Below are positions 46,177 to 54,961 of a stretch of DNA of 64,000 nt, in pieces. The position numbers and the translations under genes were made by a program. This stretch comes from Anaerolineales bacterium (GTDB lineage: Bacteria; Chloroflexota; Anaerolineae; Anaerolineales; UBA11858), in NCBI GenBank assembly GCA_046483045.1, contig JAWODY010000005.1, forward strand, positions 512-64,511, in the 5' to 3' direction. Numbering within the stretch: position 1 is the first letter of the stretch; every line of letters starts with the position of its first letter. The notes beneath the pieces were generated by a model. It ran no database searches and had not been told where the DNA came from. It was given only the letters and a program-made list of their open reading frames with translations.

Positions 46177-46234
46177 GTCCGCGGTGTGCATTGCGAAGCA
46201 TCCAGACGGACCCTTTTGGTGAGGTGCAGCGGGG
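46177..46234 (+). repeat. 58-nt conserved element, copy 2
   Basis: GTCCGCGGTGTGCATTGCGAAGCATCCAGACGGACCCTTTTGGTGAGGTGCAGCGGGG. It is a direct repeat of 44792..44849, 1385 nt away. Confidence 0.75.
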
Positions 46235-46610
46235 GTTACTAGAATGTGATTACGATGAGGCGTGGCAGGCATGTGATACCCTTCATGTGACGAATGAGCT
46301 GGGAGCGCATACCTGGGACTCGAGCGTCTGGGTCAGCCGATCGCACCTATGGGACACTCATAGCTGCCACCTGAGTGGGGCGCCCAGCAGATTTCAAGTC
46401 TGGGACTCCACGTCTGAGTGGATGAACCTGTATCGGTAGATGTAACTCTTACTCTGTACACAAACTACTTGTGACCCAAAAATCCACGCCCCATCGACAA
46501 CCTCATAAGGAGTTTTTCATGAACCCATCCCCTGGGATAGAGATATGCCCGCCCTACCTGACCTCTGGATGGGGAGCTAGGGGGGAGATCAAAGCGGAGG
46601 GCTTAATGGT

Positions 46611-47384
46611 TCAGGGGGTGAGGTTCAAAGTCACTTCAGCGGTAAGTACAGATATCAGAATGGAACTTAAGGTCCCGATCAGGACATATTCAGCAAACGC
46701 TTTTCTGTCCATCTCCTTGAACCTGGCGAACGCTTTAGCTGCCAGGATAAATCCGAAGATGGCGTATTGATTGGTGATGATGGCAATGAACGCGAAGGAG
46801 CGTTCCAGCGCGCCAATGACCCTCCCAGCCCGGTAATCTTCCGTGGGTGAAGCATGTGAGATGACACTTGCTGCTTCCGGCAGGCCAGAAGGAGGGGAAG
46901 GCTTGTCCGCTGAGAGGTCCAACCTTTCCAGGAACCAGCGAATGATGAGGTTGGATTCGTTTAACAGAAAGAGGATGCTGCTCAGGTAGATCATCACCGT
47001 CGATCCGGACCCGAAACCCAGGCTACCCAGGATGGTGTACGAGGTGAGGATCCCAGCGGCATTGGAGGCCAGGGAGTTGAACTGGAGATCAGGAAGAGAG
47101 GCAGCAAAATAGCCATAGAGGATGGAGCCGGCAGCAAGCGTAAAAAGACGCCAGGTTTTCAAGCGCTTCCCCTGGGTTTCCCGCCAGAAGCTGAACGCGG
47201 TCAGCAGGACAATTCCCAACACCAATAAGGCCCAGGACCGGTTCCACTGGAAGAATAAAAGGCCCAGAATCTGGACCGCCAGATAATACACGCCCTGGTT
47301 TCTACCCATCTTCTGATCATCAAAGATGTAGGGGAATCTGGCTGCCATCATGATGCTGATCAAGAAATAATAAGCTGTATTCAT
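46611..47384 (-). CDS. Polytopic membrane protein, the usual partner of SatD (DUF3307-like; assignment from memory)
   Basis: 257 aa, multi-TM, with C-terminal GRVIGALERSFAFIAI..GFILAAKAFARF. It has a 4-nt overlap with the SatD gene. Confidence 0.5.
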   Translation of the reverse strand: MNTAYYFLISIMMAARFPYIFDDQKMGRNQGVYYLAVQILGLLFFQWNRSWALLVLGIVLLTAFSFWRETQGKRLKTWRLFTLAAGSILYGYFAASLPDLQFNSLASNAAGILTSYTILGSLGFGSGSTVMIYLSSILFLLNESNLIIRWFLERLDLSADKPSPPSGLPEAASVISHASPTEDYRAGRVIGALERSFAFIAIITNQYAIFGFILAAKAFARFKEMDRKAFAEYVLIGTLSSILISVLTAEVTLNLTP

Positions 47385-48037
47385 GGCTGTTTGACCTGTG
47401 CATCCAGCTTTGCTGCGATCAGGCTGAAAAGACGGATGATTTCCCGGATGCTGCCGTCATAGATATTTGTGTATACCGCGGTCTCTGAGATACCGAGAGC
47501 ATCCGCAATGGATTTGATTTTCTCCCCTTCCAGCCGGCGGCGCAGAATGGATATCCGGTTGAATTTCCAGCTGTCAATCAGATTTGAGATCAAGAAGAGG
47601 GTGTTGTTAAGCAGTTCCGGCTGGTATTCCTCCTTGAGACCTGTGATGACGAAACGGTACTTTCCACGCTGGTTTTTGACCCATTCCATCCCGTCCCGGG
47701 CCCGGTAAAAACCTTCTCCGTCCATTCCCAGGGACTGCTCGCGGTTGATCTCCGTGGAGATTTCGCCGATCCCATAGGAGAACCGTATTTTATGGGGGTA
47801 AACGTTCTCCAGTATGATCAAGGCGTCGTGGAAGAGACTTCCAGCGCTCTGGTACACAGCCTGGAATTCGTCTCCCAGGGTAAGTGTGTAAGGGGAAACG
47901 AGGTGATTTTTCTCCCAGCTGATATCCTTGAAAACATCCTTAAGCTGATTCTGCAGCCTGTCCCTTTCCTGGACCTCCCGGGAAGAGATAACGTCCCCGA
48001 TCACAATCATATACTGAGGTTGACTTCGTTTTGACAT
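47381..48037 (-). CDS. SatD-family protein with a C-terminal HTH
   Basis: YMIVIGDVISSRE..LTLGDEFQAVY..IRFSYGIGEI..GMDGEGFYRARDGM, and C-terminal KSIADALGISETAVYTNI. Confidence 0.7.
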   Translation of the reverse strand: MSKRSQPQYMIVIGDVISSREVQERDRLQNQLKDVFKDISWEKNHLVSPYTLTLGDEFQAVYQSAGSLFHDALIILENVYPHKIRFSYGIGEISTEINREQSLGMDGEGFYRARDGMEWVKNQRGKYRFVITGLKEEYQPELLNNTLFLISNLIDSWKFNRISILRRRLEGEKIKSIADALGISETAVYTNIYDGSIREIIRLFSLIAAKLDAQVKQP

Positions 48038-48436
48038 CTGGTTTGATTTCCTTGTCTGCGTTCCCGATTTCCCTTTAGGGGGATTATACCATATTATTAA
48101 CCCATAAGGTTAAAAATAGATAATTTAATGTATATGGTTAAAACCTGGTTTATTAAGCTGAGGGGTTAAAAAGGGTGAGCGGCGTTCAGATGATGCCGGG
48201 GCGGGGCGCAGATGGATAGATCACGGATCGGCCGGATCTGGCCAGGGAGATCTTCCGGGAGATGGGTATCCGCTACTGCCCGGGCGGTGATTGTCTCTTC
48301 ACTTCAAAAAGGGGTACCAATGTGTTGGGGCAGGAAGCGGGTTGAAAGTTTCAGGGATGGTTTACGCGCTTATATAGAGCTCTGCTCAAGAAAAAAGACA
48401 CACTCAGGGAGTGTGTCTGAAAGGGGTTTGATGGAA

Positions 48437-48508
48437 TGGCGAGGGCGGGATTTGAACCCACGGCCAAGGGCTTATGAGTCCCCTGCTCTACCACTGAGCT
48501 ACCTCGCC
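48437..48508 (-). tRNA. tRNA with anticodon CAU (Met elongator, or Ile2 if lysidinylated)
   Basis: Reverse strand GGCGAGGTAGCTCAGTGGTAGAGCAGGGGACTCATAAGCCCTTGGCCGTGGGTTCAAATCCCGCCCTCGCCA. It has a cloverleaf with a G1-C72 pair, loop CUCAUAA and T-loop GTTCAAATC. One A:G mismatch closes the anticodon stem. No CCA is encoded. Confidence 0.8.
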
Positions 48509-48663
48509 TGGACGGCATGTATCTTACTATGGGGAGGTGATTTTGTCAATAAAAGAGGGGATGCACTCGACAGCGAGACATGGATATTGAGGAGGGGTAA
48601 ATCAGGGGAAACGATCTCCACACGGTCAGGTTCAGCGTCAACCAAAAGCTCTTCTACATACCC

Positions 48664-49138
48664 GGAGATTGCTTCGCTGCGCTCGCAATGACTTGTAGAA
48701 TGTCATTCCGAGTGAAACGAGGAATCCTTGATGCGTTGATCTGTATCATGCCAGCGCCTAAAAGCCAAACAGAAGACTGGGTTTATAGGCCAAGATTTCA
48801 GAGAAACGGGGTTAAAAAGGATACTTCACTTCGTTCAGGATGACAAGCAGGGGTCAGAATGAGGAGGCCGCTGCAAATACCAGGCATTCTTCAAGCCAGA
48901 AGATTGATTCGCTGCGCTGGCAATGACATATTGAGTGTCATCGCGAGGAGGAGTGAATCCGATGAAGCAATCTCCTCATGCTCCGGTTCTGTGTCATACA
49001 GAGTTTCTTTTTCAAACCAGGAGATTGCTTTGCTATGCTCGCAATGACATGCAGGGGGACATAATGAGTAGACTGCCGCAAACAGCAGGCATTCTTCTTC
49101 ATGCCAGGAGATTACTACGCCGCGCTGGCCGTGAAAGG
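48664..49138. repeat. Cluster of 4 REP/MITE-like imperfect palindromes of the GGAGATTGCTTCGCTxCGCTCGCAATGAC family
   Basis: Copies at 48664..48727 (both arms), 48899..48975 (both arms), 49020..49058 (left arm) and 49107..49138 (degenerate). The copies at 48899 and 49107 also share the upstream CAGGCATTCTTC..GCCAG. Confidence 0.75.
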
Positions 49139-49206
49139 TTGTCGTGGATCCCTCTCCATTTGAAAACAAAGTCCCGGCGCGAGGCCGGGGCATTGTGACT
49201 TCTGAG

Positions 49207-49281
49207 GGCGAGCGACGGGACTTGAACCCGCGACGACTGCATCCACAGTGCAGCGCTCTACCAGACTGAGCTACGCTCGCC
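49207..49281 (-). tRNA. tRNA-His (GUG) with genome-encoded G-1
   Basis: Reverse strand G-GCGAGCG-TA-GCTC..GAGC-G-CTGCA-CTGTGGA-TGCAG-..GCGGGTTCAAGTCCCGT-CGCTCGC-C. It has an 8-bp acceptor stem (G-1:C73). Confidence 0.9.
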
Positions 49282-49298
49282 ATACCTTTCGAATTATA

Positions 49299-50588
49299 TC
49301 ACGCGGAAAGGTCCTTTTCAAGTAAGCCCTGGATGTATTCTGCTGCTTCATCGCGGGGCACCTGAACCTGATCGCGCTCCCGCAAATCCTTCACAGCGAC
49401 CATGCCCTCTGCCAATTCCTCGGGTCCCAGGATGGTCGCCACCCGGGAACCGATGCGGTTGGCGTGCCGGAACTGCTTCCCAAGCTTCTCCACCTCGGGG
49501 TAGCAGTTGACCTTCAACCCCGCCCGGCGCAGCTCCGCGGCTAGGGAGAATGATGCCATGCGGGTGTCTTCGTCGAAGATGGTGACGATCACCGGCGCTG
49601 GCGTCTGGTCCCGTTTCTCAGGCAGCAGCCCCAGCTCCTCCAGGACGACGATGAGAACCATGTCACCCGCCGCAAATCCCACCCCGGGAAGGGGGTCACC
49701 GCCCACATCCGCCAGGAGGTCATCGTAGCGGCCGCCTCCCGCAACAGCGCGCCCCACGTCTGCGGTAAGGGCCTGGGCCTCAAAGACTGTGCCAGTGTAA
49801 TAGTCCAGGCCGCGGATGATGTAGGGGGCGAACTCCACATACTCGCTGGCCCCCAGGGCGTCCACAGCTTTGAAAAAGCGGACCAGTTCTTCGGATTCCT
49901 TCCAGAGCTGGTCGTTTTCTAAGAGGGCCTGAAGCCCATCCATCTGGGATAAGGAGAGGCCGATCTCTTCCGCGTAGGCCTCCCATTCCGGGAACTCCAT
50001 CTTGTCCCGCTTGTCAATGAGGTGGAAGATGTCATTTCTCTCGTTGGGCGGGATTTCGAGTTTCGCCAATTCGCGGTCCATCAAACGCCGGTTGTTGATC
50101 AGGATCCGGGTTTGAGCAGGGGTGAGACCGATTTCCTGGAAGAAGGCGGCCATCACCGCGGCTAATTCCGCATCCGCCTCAGGGGAATCCGCGCCGAACA
50201 AATCAACGTTCCACTGGAAGAATTCCCGCCCGCGCCCTTTCTGGGGGCTCTCGTAGCGCCAGAAGGGGCCGAAGGACCACCAGCGCAGAGGGTAGTAGAG
50301 GTGCTGCTGGCGCTGGGCGATCATGCGCACAAGGGTGGGGGTGAGTTCGGGTCGGAGAGCGAGCAGGTTGTCGCTCTTGTCTTCAAAGACAAAGGACTGC
50401 TCTTTGACCAGCTCCTCCCCGGATTTGGCTGCGTAGAGGTCAATGTATTCCAGGAAGGGACCATCGAACTCCTGGTAGCCGAAGCGCTCCGAGACCTCGC
50501 CCATCTTTTCGTATAGCCATGTGGTGACCGCTTTGTCCTCCGGGTAAAAATCGCGCGTGCCTTTCACCGGTTGAATGATGTCTGCCAT
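49299..50588 (-). CDS. hisS: Histidine--tRNA ligase
   Basis: GTRDFYPED, LRPELT and class II motifs (FFQWNVD, GGGRYD). Confidence 0.95.
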   Translation of the reverse strand: MADIIQPVKGTRDFYPEDKAVTTWLYEKMGEVSERFGYQEFDGPFLEYIDLYAAKSGEELVKEQSFVFEDKSDNLLALRPELTPTLVRMIAQRQQHLYYPLRWWSFGPFWRYESPQKGRGREFFQWNVDLFGADSPEADAELAAVMAAFFQEIGLTPAQTRILINNRRLMDRELAKLEIPPNERNDIFHLIDKRDKMEFPEWEAYAEEIGLSLSQMDGLQALLENDQLWKESEELVRFFKAVDALGASEYVEFAPYIIRGLDYYTGTVFEAQALTADVGRAVAGGGRYDDLLADVGGDPLPGVGFAAGDMVLIVVLEELGLLPEKRDQTPAPVIVTIFDEDTRMASFSLAAELRRAGLKVNCYPEVEKLGKQFRHANRIGSRVATILGPEELAEGMVAVKDLRERDQVQVPRDEAAEYIQGLLEKDLSA

Positions 50589-50621
50589 ATTTACGTTCCT
50601 TTCAGGTTAATTATTCTCTGC

Positions 50622-51053
50622 CTATGAATGTGATGAATCCAGCCAGAAAGAGCAGTAGGGGCACTCTTCGCCCTCCGGGTAATCCACTCCTTCTACATGG
50701 GGACAGCTCAAGACCATCTCACTGGTGATTACCCGCTCCACCTCCTGGCGCTTGAGGAATGACGCGATCTCACGGGCTGCCTGGACGTCTTCCGCGATAT
50801 CCTCACCTTGCCAATTCCGGACTGTGGGTTCTTCTTCGGGGGAGGGGATAATCCCCACGGAAATTTTCGTGGCCTGATCGGGATGGGGTCCGTGGTAGGT
50901 GATGGTGGCCAGAGGGTAGGTTTCATTCTCCGCAACCAGGCGGTGGAATGTTTTCTTCCGCTGGCGGGCTTTTTCCCTCAAGTTGGTTTCTTCAGACATA
51001 TCCACGCTCCTAGTCTCAAAACACAGTATATCAGACCGGAAAGATTGTAGCAT
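50622..51053 (-). CDS. Hypothetical protein with a C-terminal CxH..CxxC knuckle
   Basis: The likely start is Met at 50999 (MSEETNL). Contains CPHVEG..ECPYC. No family recognised. Confidence 0.45.
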   Translation of the reverse strand: MLQSFRSDILCFETRSVDMSEETNLREKARQRKKTFHRLVAENETYPLATITYHGPHPDQATKISVGIIPSPEEEPTVRNWQGEDIAEDVQAAREIASFLKRQEVERVITSEMVLSCPHVEGVDYPEGEECPYCSFWLDSSHS

Positions 51054-51184
51054 TCAGGGAGCAGGGGCGTCAATCCTCTCCCAGGGTTCCACCTGCCCAG
51101 CGTGGATCATGTGGCAGGGAACTTGCACGATACTAAGTGACGAAATTGGGTTTGTAGACAATCAGAACAGGACACGAGGATATT

Positions 51185-51898
51185 ATGAAACATATGAAAT
51201 GGCAGCTGGTGGGGTGGATCACGATTTTACTTTTCCTTTCCGCTTGCTCGGGGATCCCCAAGCTCCCCCCTTTGAACTCCACGATCACCATTGACATCTC
51301 CCGGAAGACGGATCTTCCGGAGAAAACCGCCGTGGAAACAACCCCTGTTGCGGTCATCTCAGCTACCCGGACCCTGGGGCCTTCTCCGGTGGACACAGGG
51401 GAACCCTCACCCACGCTGACGGAGACTTTAAATCCGGAACCTACTCCCTCGCCAAAAGCCACAGCTACCCGGGAGGCTACAGAACCTCCGGAAGCGACGG
51501 AAACCCCGACAGCCACTCCTTATCCATTCGGGCTGCAGCAGGGAAGCCCCACTTATCTGGCGAATTTCGCCCATCCGGATCAGGGATGCAGATGGCTGGG
51601 CGCGGCGGGACAGATCTTCGATGAGGCAGGGGATGTGGTCCTGGATGTGGTCGTCAAAACGGGCGGCAGCTTGAACGGGGACCCGATCCTGAGTGCCCTG
51701 AGCCTGCCCGGAGCCAACGAATCTTACGGTCCCGGCGGGTATGAGCTGGTGTTGAGCAGCACACCGGCAGATTCCGAAGAGCAGGTCTGGGTTCAGCTTT
51801 TCGATTTGAAAGGCAATCCGCTTTCCCCCAAAACATATATAAAGACTTATGCGGACTGCGAGAAAAATTTGATCCTGATACATTTCAAAGAAAAATAA
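51185..51898 (+). CDS. Lipoprotein with a Thr/Pro/Glu-rich linker, unknown function
   Basis: Lipobox LLFLSACSG and a low-complexity TPxPT stretch. Confidence 0.6.
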   Translation: MKHMKWQLVGWITILLFLSACSGIPKLPPLNSTITIDISRKTDLPEKTAVETTPVAVISATRTLGPSPVDTGEPSPTLTETLNPEPTPSPKATATREATEPPEATETPTATPYPFGLQQGSPTYLANFAHPDQGCRWLGAAGQIFDEAGDVVLDVVVKTGGSLNGDPILSALSLPGANESYGPGGYELVLSSTPADSEEQVWVQLFDLKGNPLSPKTYIKTYADCEKNLILIHFKEK

Positions 51899-51932
51899 GT
51901 GAGCCTTGGGGCAAAGGCGTATATCAGCATAA

Positions 51933-51966
51933 ACGCCGCCTTTCCAGTGGAAGGCGGCGTTTTTTG
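51933..51966 (+). terminator. Rho-independent terminator
   Basis: ACGCCGCCTT-TCCAGTGG-AAGGCGGCGT (10-bp stem) followed by TTTTT, 35 nt after the lipoprotein stop. Confidence 0.75.
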
Positions 51967-52051
51967 TCATGGATATGGCCTTTTTGGTCCCGGGAGTGAT
52001 AAACCTCACCCGTTTTAATGCTGTCAGAGGGCAATTTGGTGGTAAGATTAA

Positions 52052-52762
52052 GTGTACCTGAAGATATACTGTGAAAATATTTGGGTATACCTGATTATGA
52101 TTGATATAACGAGCGCCTACAGTGAGAACGTGCAGATGTATCTGGTATCCATCCTGCGCATCCGGGAGGAAGAGGCTCCCGTTTCCCTGCCGGATTTGGC
52201 GAAGGAGCTCTCCATCTCCACAGCGGCGGTTAACGAGATGTGCCGCAAATTGGAGGAACAGGAGCTGCTGCGGTACCGGCCTTATGCCGGGGTCTCTCTG
52301 ACGCCGGAAGGGGAGAATCTTGCTAAACTGATCCTGCGCAAACATCGTTTATGGGAGGTGTTTCTGGTTCATAAACTGGGATATGATTACCAGGCCGCTC
52401 ACGAAACAGCCTGCCAGCTGGAGCATGCCACGCCGCCCTATCTGGCGGACCGCCTGGAGTCTTATCTGGAAAGACCTGCTGTGAACCCCCAGGGGGAACC
52501 GATCCCATACCTCGGGGAAGAAGTGGATGTGGCTTCAAACATGCCGCTGTCACTGCTCTCTCCAGGAGGAGAGGCGGTGGTCATCCACCTTGAGGAGGAT
52601 CAGGCTGTAGCATCCTTTTTGCGCGCCAATGAGATCAAGCCGGGCAGCCATGTTGTAATCCTGGCTTCTGGGAAAGAAAACGTGCTGGTCAGGGTCAACG
52701 CCAGGCAGACGACCATAAGCAGAGACATCGCAGAACGGATCCGGGTCAAACCGCTCCGTTGA
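52052..52762 (+). CDS. DtxR/MntR-family metal-dependent repressor with a FeoA/SH3-like C-domain
   Basis: YLVSILRI..LAKELSISTAAVNEMCRKLEEQELL..LTPEGENLA..LRKHRLWEVFL. The ATG at 52097 is the more likely start. Confidence 0.85.
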   Translation: MYLKIYCENIWVYLIMIDITSAYSENVQMYLVSILRIREEEAPVSLPDLAKELSISTAAVNEMCRKLEEQELLRYRPYAGVSLTPEGENLAKLILRKHRLWEVFLVHKLGYDYQAAHETACQLEHATPPYLADRLESYLERPAVNPQGEPIPYLGEEVDVASNMPLSLLSPGGEAVVIHLEEDQAVASFLRANEIKPGSHVVILASGKENVLVRVNARQTTISRDIAERIRVKPLR

Positions 52763-52781
52763 GAGAAGGGACTGGGATCCC

Positions 52782-53030
52782 ATGAGATTGAGGAAGACAA
52801 TGAGATTAGTTGATGTGGAACAGGAAAAAGAAGTGAGGATCGTCGATATTCAAGGCGGTAAGGGAGTAGCCCGGAAACTTCAGCAGTTGAGCCTGATGCC
52901 GGGGGATCGGGTGAGGGTGACAAAACGGGCGCCCCTGAAGGGACCGCTGCTGGTCGAGGCCCACGGTCGATCGGTGGCCTTGGGCAGGGGTGTGGCCGCG
53001 AAAGTGGAAGTGGAGCAGATATCGTCATGA
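52782..53030 (+). CDS. feoA: Ferrous iron transport protein A
   Basis: 82 aa, with LSLMPGDRVRV and the SH3-like FeoA pattern. It overlaps the feoB start by 4 nt. Confidence 0.85.
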   Translation: MRLRKTMRLVDVEQEKEVRIVDIQGGKGVARKLQQLSLMPGDRVRVTKRAPLKGPLLVEAHGRSVALGRGVAAKVEVEQISS

Positions 53031-54961
53031 AGATCGCGCTTATCGGGCAGCCAAACTGCGGGAAGAGCACCTTATTCAACCAGGTCGCGGGATATAAGGC
53101 CGAGACGGGCAATTTTCCCGGGACGACGGTGAAATACACGGAGAGCAAAGTCCAGGTCCTGGGAGAGAAAGTGGATCTGGTTGACCTGCCGGGGACATAT
53201 TCCCTGACGGGAACGAATCTGGCGGAGAAAGAGGCCCTGCGTTACCTGGCGTCTCACGAGGTGGATGTGATCCTCAATGTGGTCAACGCCACCCAGCTGA
53301 TGCAGGGTCTGGAGTTGAGCTTGGAACTCATGGAGCTGGGCAAACCGATGGTGATCGGCGTAAACATGATGGACGAGGCGGGCCGATTGGGGTATGACAT
53401 CGACGGTCCTGCGCTGCGGGAGAAGCTGGGAGTCCCCGTGCTGCCGCTGGTGGCCAGGCGGGGTCGGGGGATCCAATCTTTGTTCACCACAGCGCTGCGT
53501 ATAGGCAACGACGGTCAGAATTCCCAGCGGATCCCTTTTCAAAACCCGTCCCTGGAAGAGGCGATCACTGACATCGCCCAACATTTTGATGGAAAGATAG
53601 AGGGATGGGATCCTGAAGCTTTGGCGATCCGTTTATTGGAAGATGGGGAACAAATGCAGGAACAGGTTGAAAAAGAGGTTCCCCATGTGATCCCGGAGAT
53701 CGAGAAAAAGAAGCAAGTGATTTCGGAGGAGTTGGGTAAAGAGCCCCTATGGGCCTTCTCCGCGGAACGGCACATCTTGGCTCAGGAGTTGACAGAGCAA
53801 GTGTTGAGCAAAGGGGAAGAAAGCATGACATGGCAGGCCCGGTTGGACAAAGCGTTCCTACACCCTTTTTGGGGATATGTCCTCCTGCTGATCGTCCTCT
53901 GGTCTTTTTTCCAGGTGGTGTACAAAGTGGGTATTACCCTGGAAGACCCTCTCCTGGCAGCCTTCAATGTATTGTCCGACCAATTGTCCCAATGGATCGG
54001 ATCCGACAGCCTGCTCGCCAACGTCGTCGTGGGCGGGGTGCAGGGGATCGCTGGGGGAGCAGCCATCGTCCTCCCTTACCTGATCCCATTCCTGGTCGGG
54101 ATGGGATTTATGGAGGATGTGGGATATCTTCCCCGGGTCGCGTTTTTGATGGATGCCCTGATGCGGCGCCTGGGACTGCACGGGAAAGCGATCGTACCAT
54201 TTATCCTCGGCTACGGCTGCAGTGTGCCGGCCGTGATGTCGACCCGCACGCTGGAGGAAAAGAGAGACCGGTTTCTGTCCGCCACCCTGGCGACCATGAT
54301 CCCCTGTGCGGCCCGGGTGGCTGTGATATTCGGTCTGGTGGCCTATTATCTGGGTTCGCAGGTAGCTATGGGTATTTACATTTATAATTTAATTGTGATC
54401 GCCATCGTCGGGCGCTTACTTTCCAACCGATTTCTGAAGGACACCCCCGGCTTGATCCTGGAGGTCCCGCCGTACCGGCTACCTTCGGGGAAGACGGTAT
54501 TTCATAAGACCTGGTTCCGGGCCCGGGAATTTATCATTGAAGCCTGGCCGCTCTTGATCTTGGGGAGCATGGCCCTGGAATTGGCGAATTACTACCGGGT
54601 TTCCGATGTCATGAACACCCTGCTGCAGCCTGTGACCTGGGTATTGGGGCTGCCTTCTGAAGTCGGGATGCCTTTGATCTTCGGGGTTTTGCGAAAAGAG
54701 CTGTCGTTGGTGATGCTGCGCCAGGCCCTGGGCGTGATGGATTTTTCAAACGCGCTTTCGGCGGTGCAGATGATCACGTTCACGATTTTTGTGGTTTTTT
54801 ACATCCCGTGTCTGGCGACCCTGGCTGCGCTGCGGCGTGAGTTTTCGACCCGGGACACGGTCCTGATCGCCGGGCTGAGCGTGGTGATCGCCATGGTCGC
54901 TGCCCTCATTGCCCGGGGTTTCGCCTATTTGATCGCACCGATTCTGTCCTTTCAAATATGA
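53027..54961 (+). CDS. feoB: Ferrous iron transporter B
   Basis: IALIGQPNCGKSTLFN, DLPGTYSL, and a polytopic C-terminal domain. Confidence 0.95.
   Translation: MKIALIGQPNCGKSTLFNQVAGYKAETGNFPGTTVKYTESKVQVLGEKVDLVDLPGTYSLTGTNLAEKEALRYLASHEVDVILNVVNATQLMQGLELSLELMELGKPMVIGVNMMDEAGRLGYDIDGPALREKLGVPVLPLVARRGRGIQSLFTTALRIGNDGQNSQRIPFQNPSLEEAITDIAQHFDGKIEGWDPEALAIRLLEDGEQMQEQVEKEVPHVIPEIEKKKQVISEELGKEPLWAFSAERHILAQELTEQVLSKGEESMTWQARLDKAFLHPFWGYVLLLIVLWSFFQVVYKVGITLEDPLLAAFNVLSDQLSQWIGSDSLLANVVVGGVQGIAGGAAIVLPYLIPFLVGMGFMEDVGYLPRVAFLMDALMRRLGLHGKAIVPFILGYGCSVPAVMSTRTLEEKRDRFLSATLATMIPCAARVAVIFGLVAYYLGSQVAMGIYIYNLIVIAIVGRLLSNRFLKDTPGLILEVPPYRLPSGKTVFHKTWFRAREFIIEAWPLLILGSMALELANYYRVSDVMNTLLQPVTWVLGLPSEVGMPLIFGVLRKELSLVMLRQALGVMDFSNALSAVQMITFTIFVVFYIPCLATLAALRREFSTRDTVLIAGLSVVIAMVAALIARGFAYLIAPILSFQI

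Noticed and set aside
48212-48691. 159-aa plus-strand ORF, and 48891..49283 minus-strand ORF
   Set aside because: They run through the tRNA genes and the REP-like repeats. Their conserved-looking tails (..EIASLRSQ) are translations of the repeat.
48664-49138. Repeated ~30-nt units as a possible CRISPR array
   Set aside because: Spacing is irregular (about 235, 120 and 90 nt). The units are imperfect inverted-repeat pairs rather than identical direct repeats, and there are no cas genes in the window.
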